NCBI GenBank assembly: GCA_002748835.1
Contig: PDTL01000014.1
Span: 23,838-87,837, forward strand
Direction of reading: 5' to 3'
DNA length: 64,000 nt
From: Deltaproteobacteria bacterium
GTDB lineage: Bacteria; Desulfobacterota; Desulfobacteria; Desulfobacterales; GCA-2748835
Each line of letters begins with the position of its first letter. The first letter of the stretch is position 1. Below the pieces are notes generated by a model. The model had not been told where the DNA came from, did not search any database, and saw only the letters and a list, made by a program, of their open reading frames with translations. Below are positions 28,405-37,270 of this stretch, one piece after another. A program made the position numbers and the translations under genes.

Positions 28405-29901
28405 TTGATCACGCTTTCAATATCGTTTGCAGATGGCAGTCAGGAAACACGGGAAGCGCTGCCGGAAAACACGGTGATGATCGGTCGGGCCGATGACTGT
28501 GATGTTCAGCTGGCCGGAGGCCGGGTGTCTCGGAATCATGCCCGGATTTACAACGAAGACGGTCGATGGATGGTTGAGGATCTCAAATCGACGAACGGGC
28601 TTTCCGTCAATGATATTCAATCGACCCGATATGCACTCAATAACGGGGACGTGATCCGCATCGCGGAGAACCGGATCCGGGTGACCCTGCCTGTGGAAAC
28701 CGGCGGCGCAGAAGATAGCGGTGTTGATCCGGATGCCACCTGTATTGAACCGGTCATGGGAGACCCGGAACCGGATGCCACCTTTGTGGTGAGCCGTGAG
28801 GCGATGATGGGGTCTGTTACCGGAAAGGGCGCTGCCACAGGCAACGTGGCCGCCTTTGTTCGGGAAAAACCGATTCTGGCACTGGTTGGCGCATTGCTTT
28901 TGGTGATCCTTATCAGCATAGTCGTGTTGCTCAGCGGAAATGAAAACCCTGCACCGGAGACACCCAAATTGGCAGTTGTGCCTGAGGATGCGGACACCGC
29001 CAAGGCTGCGTTGGAGCAGAAACGAAAAATCGGGGCCTATCTTCAGCGAGGGGAAATGCTGCTTGCTGCCGGTGAAGTGGAAAATGCCCTGATCCGGTTT
29101 GACGCCATCCTGGAGCTGGATCCGGGACATCGGGCGGCAGCGACACTTGCCGCCCGGTGCCGGCGTGAGATCGATGCAAGAGACGCAGCGCGCAGGCAGG
29201 CGGAAGAAAAGGCGTCCCTGGCAGCGGAAAAGCTGAATAAGGGTCTGGAACTGGCCCGGTATTATCACAGTCACCGGGAATGGGATCAGTGCATTGCCAT
29301 GCTCGATTCCTTGGCTGGCCAGATTGCAGAAGGGTCTGCTGAGGCCAAAGAAGTGTCGGCCTTGCGCCAGACCGCATCTGATGCGCTGAAAAAGGCAGCC
29401 GCTGCCCGGAAAAAACAATCTGAAGTGACGGGCGCCATCCAGCGCCAGGTGAACAAAGGATCCGGTTACTATAAAAAACGGAACTATTACAAGGCGCTTC
29501 TTGCCTGGCGTAAAGGGGTGAAGATTTCTCCGAACCATCCCCTTGCGCTTGAAATAAAAGATCAGATGATTCCAAAAGCCGTTTCGGCCCTGAATCAACG
29601 GGTGGCTGGTGATTACCAGCGGGCGGTTCAGTATAAGAACCGCGGGGATGACGGAGAAGCTCTGATCTATTTTGACCGTGTGGTCAATCGGTGGCCTGAA
29701 TACAAGGATGCGGCACGTCAGCGCAACGCAATCGAAAAATGGCTGGAAGATGAGGCGAAGCGTCTGTACCAGGAAGGGAAAGTTTACGAAGGCATCGGAC
29801 AGATGGACAAAGCAATTCGCAAATGGGAGGCTGTGCTGGAAAAGATGCCGCTGAAATCGAATGCCTATTATAAAAAAGCCGCTGCCAAGCTGGGGCGCTA
29901 A
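28405..29901 (+). CDS. FHA-domain membrane protein with extended TPR region
   Basis: TTG start. FHA core MIGRADDCDVQLAGGRVSRNHARI...DLKSTNGLSVND. TM ILALVGALLLVILISIVVLL. Several TPR-like repeats extend to the C-terminus. Confidence 0.8.
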   Translation: MITLSISFADGSQETREALPENTVMIGRADDCDVQLAGGRVSRNHARIYNEDGRWMVEDLKSTNGLSVNDIQSTRYALNNGDVIRIAENRIRVTLPVETGGAEDSGVDPDATCIEPVMGDPEPDATFVVSREAMMGSVTGKGAATGNVAAFVREKPILALVGALLLVILISIVVLLSGNENPAPETPKLAVVPEDADTAKAALEQKRKIGAYLQRGEMLLAAGEVENALIRFDAILELDPGHRAAATLAARCRREIDARDAARRQAEEKASLAAEKLNKGLELARYYHSHREWDQCIAMLDSLAGQIAEGSAEAKEVSALRQTASDALKKAAAARKKQSEVTGAIQRQVNKGSGYYKKRNYYKALLAWRKGVKISPNHPLALEIKDQMIPKAVSALNQRVAGDYQRAVQYKNRGDDGEALIYFDRVVNRWPEYKDAARQRNAIEKWLEDEAKRLYQEGKVYEGIGQMDKAIRKWEAVLEKMPLKSNAYYKKAAAKLGR

Positions 29902-29908
29902 CGATGGG

Positions 29909-31663
29909 ATGTCAGGGGGGCAGATGACAACCGATACCGTGTCCGTATTATCCAATCTTATCGGTGACAAATATCATGTGGGAGAGGTGATCGCCCGGGG
30001 CGGGATGGGCGAAGTTTACACCGGCACCCATGTGGCGTTGAACCGGAAGGTGGCCATCAAGATTATCCGTACCCATCTTTCCTCAGACGCCCAGATCCGG
30101 GAGCGGTTTCTCCGGGAAGCCCGGCTCACGGCCCAGCTGACCCATCCGAATATCATCGAAATCTTTGATTTTGGCGGCAATGAGGCCTTTGACTACATCA
30201 TCATGCCCTATATTGACGGGATCACCCTGAAAGATCGTCTGACTGGAACCGGACCCGTGCCGGCGGACGAAACCCTGAAACTGGTCCGGCCCGTGGTCGA
30301 TGCCCTGGCCCTGGCCCATGACAGGGGGGTGGTGCATCGGGACGTGAAACCGAGCAATATCCTGGTAACCTCAGGCGGGATTCCCATTCTGACGGATTTT
30401 GGCATCTCAAAGAATCTGAACGATTCTGACATGACCCTGTCGGACACCATGCTGGGCGCTCCCCGATATATGAGCCCCGAACAGATTCGCGGCGAGCGGG
30501 TGGACGGGCGCAGTGATCTTTATGCCATCGGGATCATTCTGTATGAAATGCTTTGCGGATCTCATCCGTTCAAGGGGGATCAGGTGGCTGCCATCTGCTA
30601 TCAGCAGATGCATGAGGTGCCGTCGCCTCCGGATACGGTGAACCCCGCGATACCGGAGTGGTTATCCGGACTTGTCATGCAGCTGGTGGAAAAAAAACCG
30701 GAAGACCGGTTTCTGGATGCCCATGCACTGCTCAAGGCCATGGATGCAAAAGGCGATGTCGCAGCGATCCGTTCTCTCGGGTCAGCGCAAGACATCATGG
30801 CCGGTGACAGGACGATCGTGGGGGACGCAACCCGTGTCGGAGATGCGACGGTGGTCGGCCCTGAACCGGCAGCCGTTTCCCTGAGCGATGCCACACAGAT
30901 TGGTGAAGCGACCGAAATCGGTGGTCCGGTTGTCCATGCGTCGGCAGGCATACCGGCGGCCGGACCCAACCGGAAACGCTGGTATGCCATTGCCGGTGCC
31001 GTGATGGGACTGCTAATCATCATCGGTATCGCCGGAAAGCTGCTCAGGTCTCCTGATGCAGAAAAATCTGTGGAAACGCCCATAAAAGCTGAAGCACCGG
31101 TATCATCCGAGGTCGACACAGGCGGTGTGGTATCGCCTGGCTCCGAAGATCGTGCGGAATTGGAACCGCTGACTGAACCGGTGACCCGGAAAGATCTGAT
31201 TCAGGCCATTCAACAGCTGCCTGTGACAGGCGCACAGGCCAGCGGCATTCATATCGACTTGAGCCAGCCATCCTTCCGGGTGGGCGACCCCATTGCCTAC
31301 CGCCTGAAATTTGACAGGCCCGGTTACGGGGCCGCAGTGCTCCTGACGACGTCCGGGGAGCTCATCTGTCTGTACCCGAGCGGCAGCCAGTCAGGCGCTT
31401 TGGTGGAACCCGACCGTGTGTACCCGGTTCCCCATACATCCCTGGGCATTGATCTTGAAGTGGTGGGGCCGGAAGGCAAAGAACGGGTTGTTGCGTTTCA
31501 CAGCACTGTGCCGGTGATCGAACCGGCTGTGAGTGCGGACGCTCCCTTTACAGAGATCACGGATGCAACCCCGAAGCTGGTCAAGGCCTTGCATGATGCA
31601 GTGAAGAAATCCGGGACTGGCATGAGCATTGCGGTCACAGACTATTTTGTCTTTACCCCCTGA
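29909..31663 (+). CDS. Hanks-type Ser/Thr protein kinase with TM and DUF4384-like ectodomain
   Basis: Kinase motifs GRGGMGEVY, VAIK, HRDVKPSNIL, DFGISK and APRYMSPEQ. TM WYAIAGAVMGLLIIIGIAG. The C-terminus FRVGDPIAYRLKFDRPGYGAAVLLTTSGELICLYPS...GKERVVAFHS resembles DUF4384. The start is ATG 29909 or 29924; the track start at 29861 overlaps the upstream gene. Confidence 0.9.
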   Translation: MSGGQMTTDTVSVLSNLIGDKYHVGEVIARGGMGEVYTGTHVALNRKVAIKIIRTHLSSDAQIRERFLREARLTAQLTHPNIIEIFDFGGNEAFDYIIMPYIDGITLKDRLTGTGPVPADETLKLVRPVVDALALAHDRGVVHRDVKPSNILVTSGGIPILTDFGISKNLNDSDMTLSDTMLGAPRYMSPEQIRGERVDGRSDLYAIGIILYEMLCGSHPFKGDQVAAICYQQMHEVPSPPDTVNPAIPEWLSGLVMQLVEKKPEDRFLDAHALLKAMDAKGDVAAIRSLGSAQDIMAGDRTIVGDATRVGDATVVGPEPAAVSLSDATQIGEATEIGGPVVHASAGIPAAGPNRKRWYAIAGAVMGLLIIIGIAGKLLRSPDAEKSVETPIKAEAPVSSEVDTGGVVSPGSEDRAELEPLTEPVTRKDLIQAIQQLPVTGAQASGIHIDLSQPSFRVGDPIAYRLKFDRPGYGAAVLLTTSGELICLYPSGSQSGALVEPDRVYPVPHTSLGIDLEVVGPEGKERVVAFHSTVPVIEPAVSADAPFTEITDATPKLVKALHDAVKKSGTGMSIAVTDYFVFTP

Positions 31664-31738
31664 TCGTCCGGATTTTAATGAATTTTCTGTGAAATGTGCT
31701 ATACTGTTTTATCACTCATGAACAGGGAGAAACCAATC

Positions 31739-33820
31739 ATGAAAATACATGTCAAACCATGGATGTATGCGGCCCTTGCTGCCATCTGTACGGTCATCGT
31801 GGGGGCGGGCGCGGCGGCAGCTGATGAAAACGTCCTGATTTTGGTCAACCCCCAGGCCGGATCCGGCAGCGGGGTGAGCGTCCAGGTGGTGAACGGGGCT
31901 GATGGCGGCGTGGATACCATGGCCATTGAAAACGAACTGGCCCGGGGTCTGATGGAGAACGGGTATACGGCGACACTGGGCAGCGAGCTCATGTCCGGCC
32001 GGGATCTGAGTGAGAAGGAAGTCGAAAAGGCACGCACCGGGAACATGCAGCTGCTTAAAAAAGCTGCGGCCCTTCACGATGCCGGCGTATTTTGCGTGGC
32101 GAAGGTTTCTTCCCGCATGTCCACGGAATCGGTTCTGGGTATGGAGATGACACGGGCAGACCTTACGCTCTCCTACCGGATCTACGACACCATCACTGGA
32201 AAAAATATTGCCCGGAATGTACTGAAATTTTCAAACGCCGACCGGTCTCCGGGTGCGACCTTGAATGCCCTATATGCGAAGATGGCAGACGGATTTGCCG
32301 CAGATGTGGCTGGAAAAGTGGCTAAGGATGTTTCTTCCAGCCGCCGGAAAGCCATGGCAAAAGCCAAAAAATCGTACAGGAAAAAAGTGGTGGTAGCGGC
32401 AAAACCCAAGTCAAGACCCAAACCCGCGGCTGCGCCGTCACCGGCCATAACGGAAAACCTGAAAATTGTCATTGTGAATCCCCCCCTGGGGCGCGGCTTT
32501 ACGATTAAGGAAAAAAGGAAGACCATCTCCCTTGAAGGGATGGTCGTGGATCCCAGCGGTGCCGGCGTGTCCCATGTCATGGTCAACAACACTGCCGCCA
32601 ATCTCGCTTCAGACGGGCGCTTTACCTACCCGCTGACCCTGAGTGCCGGCGCTAATACCATCGATATTCTGGCCGTGAACCGGCAGGGAAAAACCGCGCG
32701 CAAACAGATCACCCTGAACAGGGCGTTAGACACCCTGCCACCGGTGATCCGAATCACTCAGCCGGTGATTACCCGTGGGTTTAAAACCGTTGTTAAACCC
32801 AAGGCCTCTTATTTGAAAGTCAGCGGCACGGTGACCGACGACAGTGAAATTCTTTTTGTGAAAATCAATGGGTCACCTGTGGTTCTGGGTTCTGGAGGCG
32901 CATTTTCCACCAATCTGCCGCTGGATTCTGCAGCGCGCTCGGAAATCAGGGTGGCGTCGTCAGATGTGCACGGGAATGTGAGCCATAAAGAGATTCCCAT
33001 CACTCGGGGTGTGGCAGCTACATCCTCACCCGCACCCGCTTACCCGTCCGCTGCCGGATTCCGGCCGGTGCTCTGGGGACTTTCGGTGGGGGTGTCTGAT
33101 TATAAATCCGGAATGATTGATCTCGAATATGCGGATGATGACGCCAAGCTGATTGCGGATTTTTTCAGTCGCAAAGGAAAAGGGATTTTTCACAAGGTCC
33201 AGTTTAAGACTCTGCTGAATACCGATGTTACCCGGGACAGCATCATTGATGCCATGACCACCCACCTGGGAAAAGCCGGACCCGATGATGTGGTGATGAT
33301 TTTTGTGGCCGGCCACGGGATCAAGCACCGGCAAACCGGTTCTTATTATTTTGTGCCGTCAGACGCGGACGGTGACTCCCTCATCTCCAGAGGGCTGCGC
33401 ATGTCCGATTTTGAGGAGTCGATCAAAATTCTCTCCCAGAACGTGAACAAGGTGATCGTTGCCATGGATACCTGCCACTCGGGTGCCATGCAGATCGGCC
33501 TCCGGGGTGCGGAATCCGAAAGCCTTGCCGAGAAGCTGAAAGCCGCATCCGGCCTCTATATTCTCGCAGCATCAAAGAGCGGTGAAAGCTCCATGGAAGG
33601 AAAAGACTTTCGGATTGACGGAGACAAGGGGCACGGCGTATTCACGTATGCCCTGATCAACGGTATGCGCGGTGCTGCGAATTTTGACCAGGATACCTAT
33701 GTCTCTTTGAACGAGGTTTTTCATTATGTGGCAAAAGAAGTACCGGTGCTGACCAACGGACGGCAGCACCCGTATCAGAAAGTGGATGGGAATGATCTCC
33801 CCCTGGTGCGTTTGAAATAG
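31739..33820 (+). CDS. exported caspase-like (peptidase C14) protein with N-terminal LpoB/CsgG-like module and Ig-like middle region
   Basis: ATG at 31739, 8 nt after AGGGAGA. Signal peptide WMYAALAAICTVIVGAGAAAA. C14 pattern LSVGVSDYKS...YADDDAKLIADFF...VMIFVAGHGI (His) ...VIVAMDTCHSGAM (Cys). Confidence 0.85.
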   Translation: MKIHVKPWMYAALAAICTVIVGAGAAAADENVLILVNPQAGSGSGVSVQVVNGADGGVDTMAIENELARGLMENGYTATLGSELMSGRDLSEKEVEKARTGNMQLLKKAAALHDAGVFCVAKVSSRMSTESVLGMEMTRADLTLSYRIYDTITGKNIARNVLKFSNADRSPGATLNALYAKMADGFAADVAGKVAKDVSSSRRKAMAKAKKSYRKKVVVAAKPKSRPKPAAAPSPAITENLKIVIVNPPLGRGFTIKEKRKTISLEGMVVDPSGAGVSHVMVNNTAANLASDGRFTYPLTLSAGANTIDILAVNRQGKTARKQITLNRALDTLPPVIRITQPVITRGFKTVVKPKASYLKVSGTVTDDSEILFVKINGSPVVLGSGGAFSTNLPLDSAARSEIRVASSDVHGNVSHKEIPITRGVAATSSPAPAYPSAAGFRPVLWGLSVGVSDYKSGMIDLEYADDDAKLIADFFSRKGKGIFHKVQFKTLLNTDVTRDSIIDAMTTHLGKAGPDDVVMIFVAGHGIKHRQTGSYYFVPSDADGDSLISRGLRMSDFEESIKILSQNVNKVIVAMDTCHSGAMQIGLRGAESESLAEKLKAASGLYILAASKSGESSMEGKDFRIDGDKGHGVFTYALINGMRGAANFDQDTYVSLNEVFHYVAKEVPVLTNGRQHPYQKVDGNDLPLVRLK

Positions 33821-33870
33821 GCTTATCGACTGTTCATTGAAACATGGAAAGATGCGGAAAGGAGTGGCGC

Positions 33871-34584
33871 ATGCGCCTTGAGAAAAAAGAAGAAAGACTA
33901 AAACAGCGTCTCAGCTGGATGCTGTTGTTCCTTATTTTCGTGCTGACCACAGGATGCGTTGCCAGCAGTCAGCCGTCAGCACCGCCGCTGCCGCCGGCCA
34001 ATGATACGCAGGTGAATATGCGGGATCTTCCCTATCCGAACGGAAAACGGGCGCTTGTTGCCATTGCCGGTTTTGAGAACAAGAGTACCTATTCTGCTGA
34101 CCGACTCTGGGATACATCGTCCCGGCTTCTCGCCTCCGCATTGATACAGGCCAACTATTTCCGGGTGGTGGAATGGGAAAAAATGAAGCAGCTCTTTGAC
34201 TGGGACACACTCTCCAACGCCAGCCTTGTGAAATCGCCGGACGATCTGAAACGGGCTCAGCGGATTCTTTTGTGTGAATATTTTGTCACCGGCACCATCA
34301 CGTTCTTCAATATCAAGCAGCATGCCCAGGTGAGCGCCATGTCCAAATCCAAAGTACTGGATACCACGGTCCGTGTCGATTTGCTGCTGCAGGACGCACG
34401 CACCGGAGAATATCTGAGCGCATCCAACGGTGAGCACACGGTGCGCCAGTCGTACACAGCAGGCATGTCCGGCGGTCAGACCGGCAGCTGGGACAGCCAC
34501 TCCGGTGATGAAGCCCTGTCACAGGCCATTAACAAAGCCCTGTATAACCTGGTGTTGAATTTTCATTCCAGGCGACGTGGATAA
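33871..34584 (+). CDS. CsgG-family lipoprotein
   Basis: ATG at 33871 after AAGGAG. Lipobox VLTTGC. CsgG-like core VAIAGFENKSTYSADRLWDTSSRLLASALIQANYFRVVEWEKM...YFVTGTITFFN...VRVDLLLQDARTGEY. Confidence 0.75.
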   Translation: MRLEKKEERLKQRLSWMLLFLIFVLTTGCVASSQPSAPPLPPANDTQVNMRDLPYPNGKRALVAIAGFENKSTYSADRLWDTSSRLLASALIQANYFRVVEWEKMKQLFDWDTLSNASLVKSPDDLKRAQRILLCEYFVTGTITFFNIKQHAQVSAMSKSKVLDTTVRVDLLLQDARTGEYLSASNGEHTVRQSYTAGMSGGQTGSWDSHSGDEALSQAINKALYNLVLNFHSRRRG

Positions 34585-34912
34585 AGGCTTCATCTCCGTA
34601 TGCTGCCCCCTGGGAGTTCGTCTCGCTGCCGATTCGGCGGATGTCGGCGCAACGGGGGTATCGTCATATCGGTTCTTGCTGTCTGATTTCGATCCTGGTA
34701 AGGGTTTATTGCTGCGCAACATTTCCATCTACTAATGGCAGGAGGATTGGCAAGTGGAAACGGGGTGGAATGGTGCATGATTTTTAAATTTTTGATTTTT
34801 TTGTACCAAAAGAGTGACATCATCGGTTGGCATGTCTATAGTAACTCAGGTATGCAGTGAATACGCATATGCACAAAATAATTGTCTGGAACACATCCGT
34901 GGTTTGGATAGG

Positions 34913-34953
34913 CGTGGTGTCCGGCAGCGTCAATATCTGACTGAGACACCACG
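34913..34953. promoter_or_regulatory. perfect 9-bp inverted repeat upstream of the 34991 gene
   Basis: CGTGGTGTC (34913-34921) and GACACCACG (34945-34953) are separated by 23 nt, ending 38 nt before the ATG. It could be an operator or a 5'-UTR hairpin. Function unknown. Confidence 0.3.
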
Positions 34954-34990
34954 ATGTGTGTTTCAAACGTGGACGTGAGAGGAGAGACTG

Positions 34991-37195
34991 ATGTTTTCTA
35001 ACGACCTGTATGCGTCAATGGACCATTCCCTGATGCCTGAGGGAAGTCTCGGCAGGGAAGCCTGCGATTATCTGCTGGACACGGTTCAGCGCTCCATTCT
35101 ATTCTGGGATGTGATCCGCCAGCGCGGCACCAATTATATCGCGCACATCAACGATGATCAGCCGCCGGTGTTGGTGTTTGATTATGACACGATTCTCGAT
35201 GCCAGGGAATTTGACCGGCCGACCAATTATTCGCTGGTGAAAATCAAGAACCGGCGACTATCGCAGGCGGCTGGGGATAAACAAGGGGATGCGGACGACT
35301 TGCAGGAAACGGAATCTCCCTACAAGCGTCCCCTTGTTATTATCGACCCGCGTGCCGGACACGGCCCGGGAATCGGCGGCTCTAAGGAACTGTCTGAAAT
35401 CGGTATGGCCCTGAACCAAGGCCATCCGGTCTATTTTGTGATGTTTTTTACGTATCCCATGCCGGGTCAGACCCTGGCTGACGTTAAAAATGCTGAAATC
35501 CGTTTCCTGGAAGAGGTCCGCAGACGGCATCCCAAGGCAGCGAAACCGGTGGTCATCGGTAACTGTCAGGGCGGCTGGGCGTCTGCGATTTTGAGTGCGG
35601 ACCGGCCGGATTTGGTTGGTCCCCTGGTGCTGAACGGAGCGCCGCTTTCCTACTGGTCTGGCGTGGACGGGAAAAATCCCATGCGGTATAAAGGCGGGCT
35701 CCTGGGGGGGGTCTGGCTCAACTCCCTGATGAGTGACATGTCAAACGGCATGTTTGACGGTGCTAACCTGGTATGGAACATGGAAATGCTCAACCCCGCA
35801 AACACCTACTGGAAAAAAGAATACAATCTGTATGCGAAAGTCGATACGGAAAAAGACCGGTACCTGAATTTCGAACGGTGGTGGGGTGGTTTTTTCTGGA
35901 TGACCAAGGAGGAAATTCACCGGATCGTGGATGGCCTGTTTATCGGGAACCAGTTGGTGCGGGGCACCTTTGAGATGGCGGATGGTTCCCGCATTGATCT
36001 GAAAAATATTGAGGGGCCGGTGGTGGTTTTTGCCTCTGAAGGCGATAATATCACGCCCCCCCAGCAGGCGTTGAACTGGATTCCCCAGGTATATGATTCG
36101 GTAGATGAAATTCGGCGGCAGAAGCAGGTGGTGGTCTATATCGTGCATCCCAAGATCGGCCATCTGGGGATTTTTGTCGCGTCGTCTATTGCCCAGAAAG
36201 AAACCAAAGAGATTATTGGCAGTGTGGAAATGCTGGAATACCTGTCCCCGGGTCTGTATGAACTGATCATTGATGAAGAACCGAATAAAAACGGGAACAA
36301 TGATTACAAGGTGCGTTTCGAGCCCCGTGAAATGGAAGATATTCTGGCCCTTGACGATGGGTTTGACGATGAAGAGCCCTTTGGCCATGTGCAGGCATTG
36401 AGCGAGCTCATGGACCGCTATTACAATGCCTATCTCAGCCCCTTTGTCCAGAGCTTGTCTTCTGAATATACACGGGAGATATTCCGGCTGCTGCACCCCC
36501 TGCGGGTCCAGCGCTACGGGTTTTCCGATCTGAACCCGGGAATGGTCGGCGTAAAGACGCTTGCCCCGTATGTTGTTGAAAACAGAAAAGAAGCACCTTC
36601 TACAAATATGTTTCGGAAAATGGAATCTGCGGTTGCTGAGAGTGTGGAAAACATGTGGAACCTGTACCGTGACCTGCGTGACATGGGGCAGGAGATCATG
36701 TTCCAGGGGATTTACCACAATCCCGTTGTACACCACCTGTTCCCGGATCCCGGTACCACACCGGAGCGAGAAGCGGAAAAAGCAAAAGCAAAGGCACAGC
36801 AGGCAATCTCACAGAAAGCAGACCGGGCTGCGTTGGTCGCTAAACTCGAATCCGGCGACTACGGAGAAGCGCTTATCCGAATGCTGCTTGCCGTCATTGG
36901 GGCAGATGGCTCCATTGATGAAAAAGAGATGAAGCATGCTGAAACGATTATCCGCGAGCGCCGGAGGCTTCAGAAAATGAAACCGTCGGAATTGAAGGCC
37001 ATTGTAGTGGAACAGTCGCGCATTCTGCAGACTGATTTTGATGGGGCTATCAAGGCGCTGCCCAAAATGATGTCACGAAAGGTGGACCGCAAGCGGGCGT
37101 TTGCCTTAGCTGAAAGCGTCTCTACGGCAGATGGCGAGCTCCATGAAAATGAGGCCAGGGTGCTCGATCAGATCAAGGCTGCACTGGCGCTTTAA
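34991..37195 (+). CDS. DUF3141-like alpha/beta hydrolase (PHA-synthase-like GxCxGG box) fused to TerB-like C-terminal domain
   Basis: 734 aa. GAGGAGAG RBS. Lipase-box-like VVIGNCQGGWA. The overall N-terminal pattern (YLLDTVQRSILFWDVIRQRGTNY...PPVLVFDY) is what I recall for DUF3141. The C-terminal ~130 aa (EALIRMLLAVIGADGSIDEKEM...STADGELHENEARVLDQI) are TerB-like. Confidence 0.65.
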   Translation: MFSNDLYASMDHSLMPEGSLGREACDYLLDTVQRSILFWDVIRQRGTNYIAHINDDQPPVLVFDYDTILDAREFDRPTNYSLVKIKNRRLSQAAGDKQGDADDLQETESPYKRPLVIIDPRAGHGPGIGGSKELSEIGMALNQGHPVYFVMFFTYPMPGQTLADVKNAEIRFLEEVRRRHPKAAKPVVIGNCQGGWASAILSADRPDLVGPLVLNGAPLSYWSGVDGKNPMRYKGGLLGGVWLNSLMSDMSNGMFDGANLVWNMEMLNPANTYWKKEYNLYAKVDTEKDRYLNFERWWGGFFWMTKEEIHRIVDGLFIGNQLVRGTFEMADGSRIDLKNIEGPVVVFASEGDNITPPQQALNWIPQVYDSVDEIRRQKQVVVYIVHPKIGHLGIFVASSIAQKETKEIIGSVEMLEYLSPGLYELIIDEEPNKNGNNDYKVRFEPREMEDILALDDGFDDEEPFGHVQALSELMDRYYNAYLSPFVQSLSSEYTREIFRLLHPLRVQRYGFSDLNPGMVGVKTLAPYVVENRKEAPSTNMFRKMESAVAESVENMWNLYRDLRDMGQEIMFQGIYHNPVVHHLFPDPGTTPEREAEKAKAKAQQAISQKADRAALVAKLESGDYGEALIRMLLAVIGADGSIDEKEMKHAETIIRERRRLQKMKPSELKAIVVEQSRILQTDFDGAIKALPKMMSRKVDRKRAFALAESVSTADGELHENEARVLDQIKAALAL

Positions 37196-37224
37196 GCGTC
37201 TCTACTCCCTGAATAGACTTATAG

Positions 37225-37270
37225 GGGCCGCCGGAAACCTTAAAGCGCGTTCCGGCGGCCATTTTTATTT
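37225..37270 (+). terminator. rho-independent terminator
   Basis: Perfect 11-bp stem GGCCGCCGGAA (37225-37235) with TTCCGGCGGCC (37249-37259), followed by ATTTTTATTT. Confidence 0.7.

Noticed and set aside
28417-29970. 517-aa minus-strand ORF antisense to the third FHA/TPR gene (similar case: 27618..28412, 264 aa)
   Set aside because: The plus-strand frames carry clear FHA and TPR motifs and fit the operon spacing. The antisense translations are low-complexity and motif-free.
35741-36736. 331-aa minus-strand ORF inside the DUF3141-like gene, and the 300-aa plus-strand ORF 46503..47405 inside the sigma-54 activator gene
   Set aside because: Both are antisense shadows of genes with clear motifs. 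Neither has an RBS or family signal.
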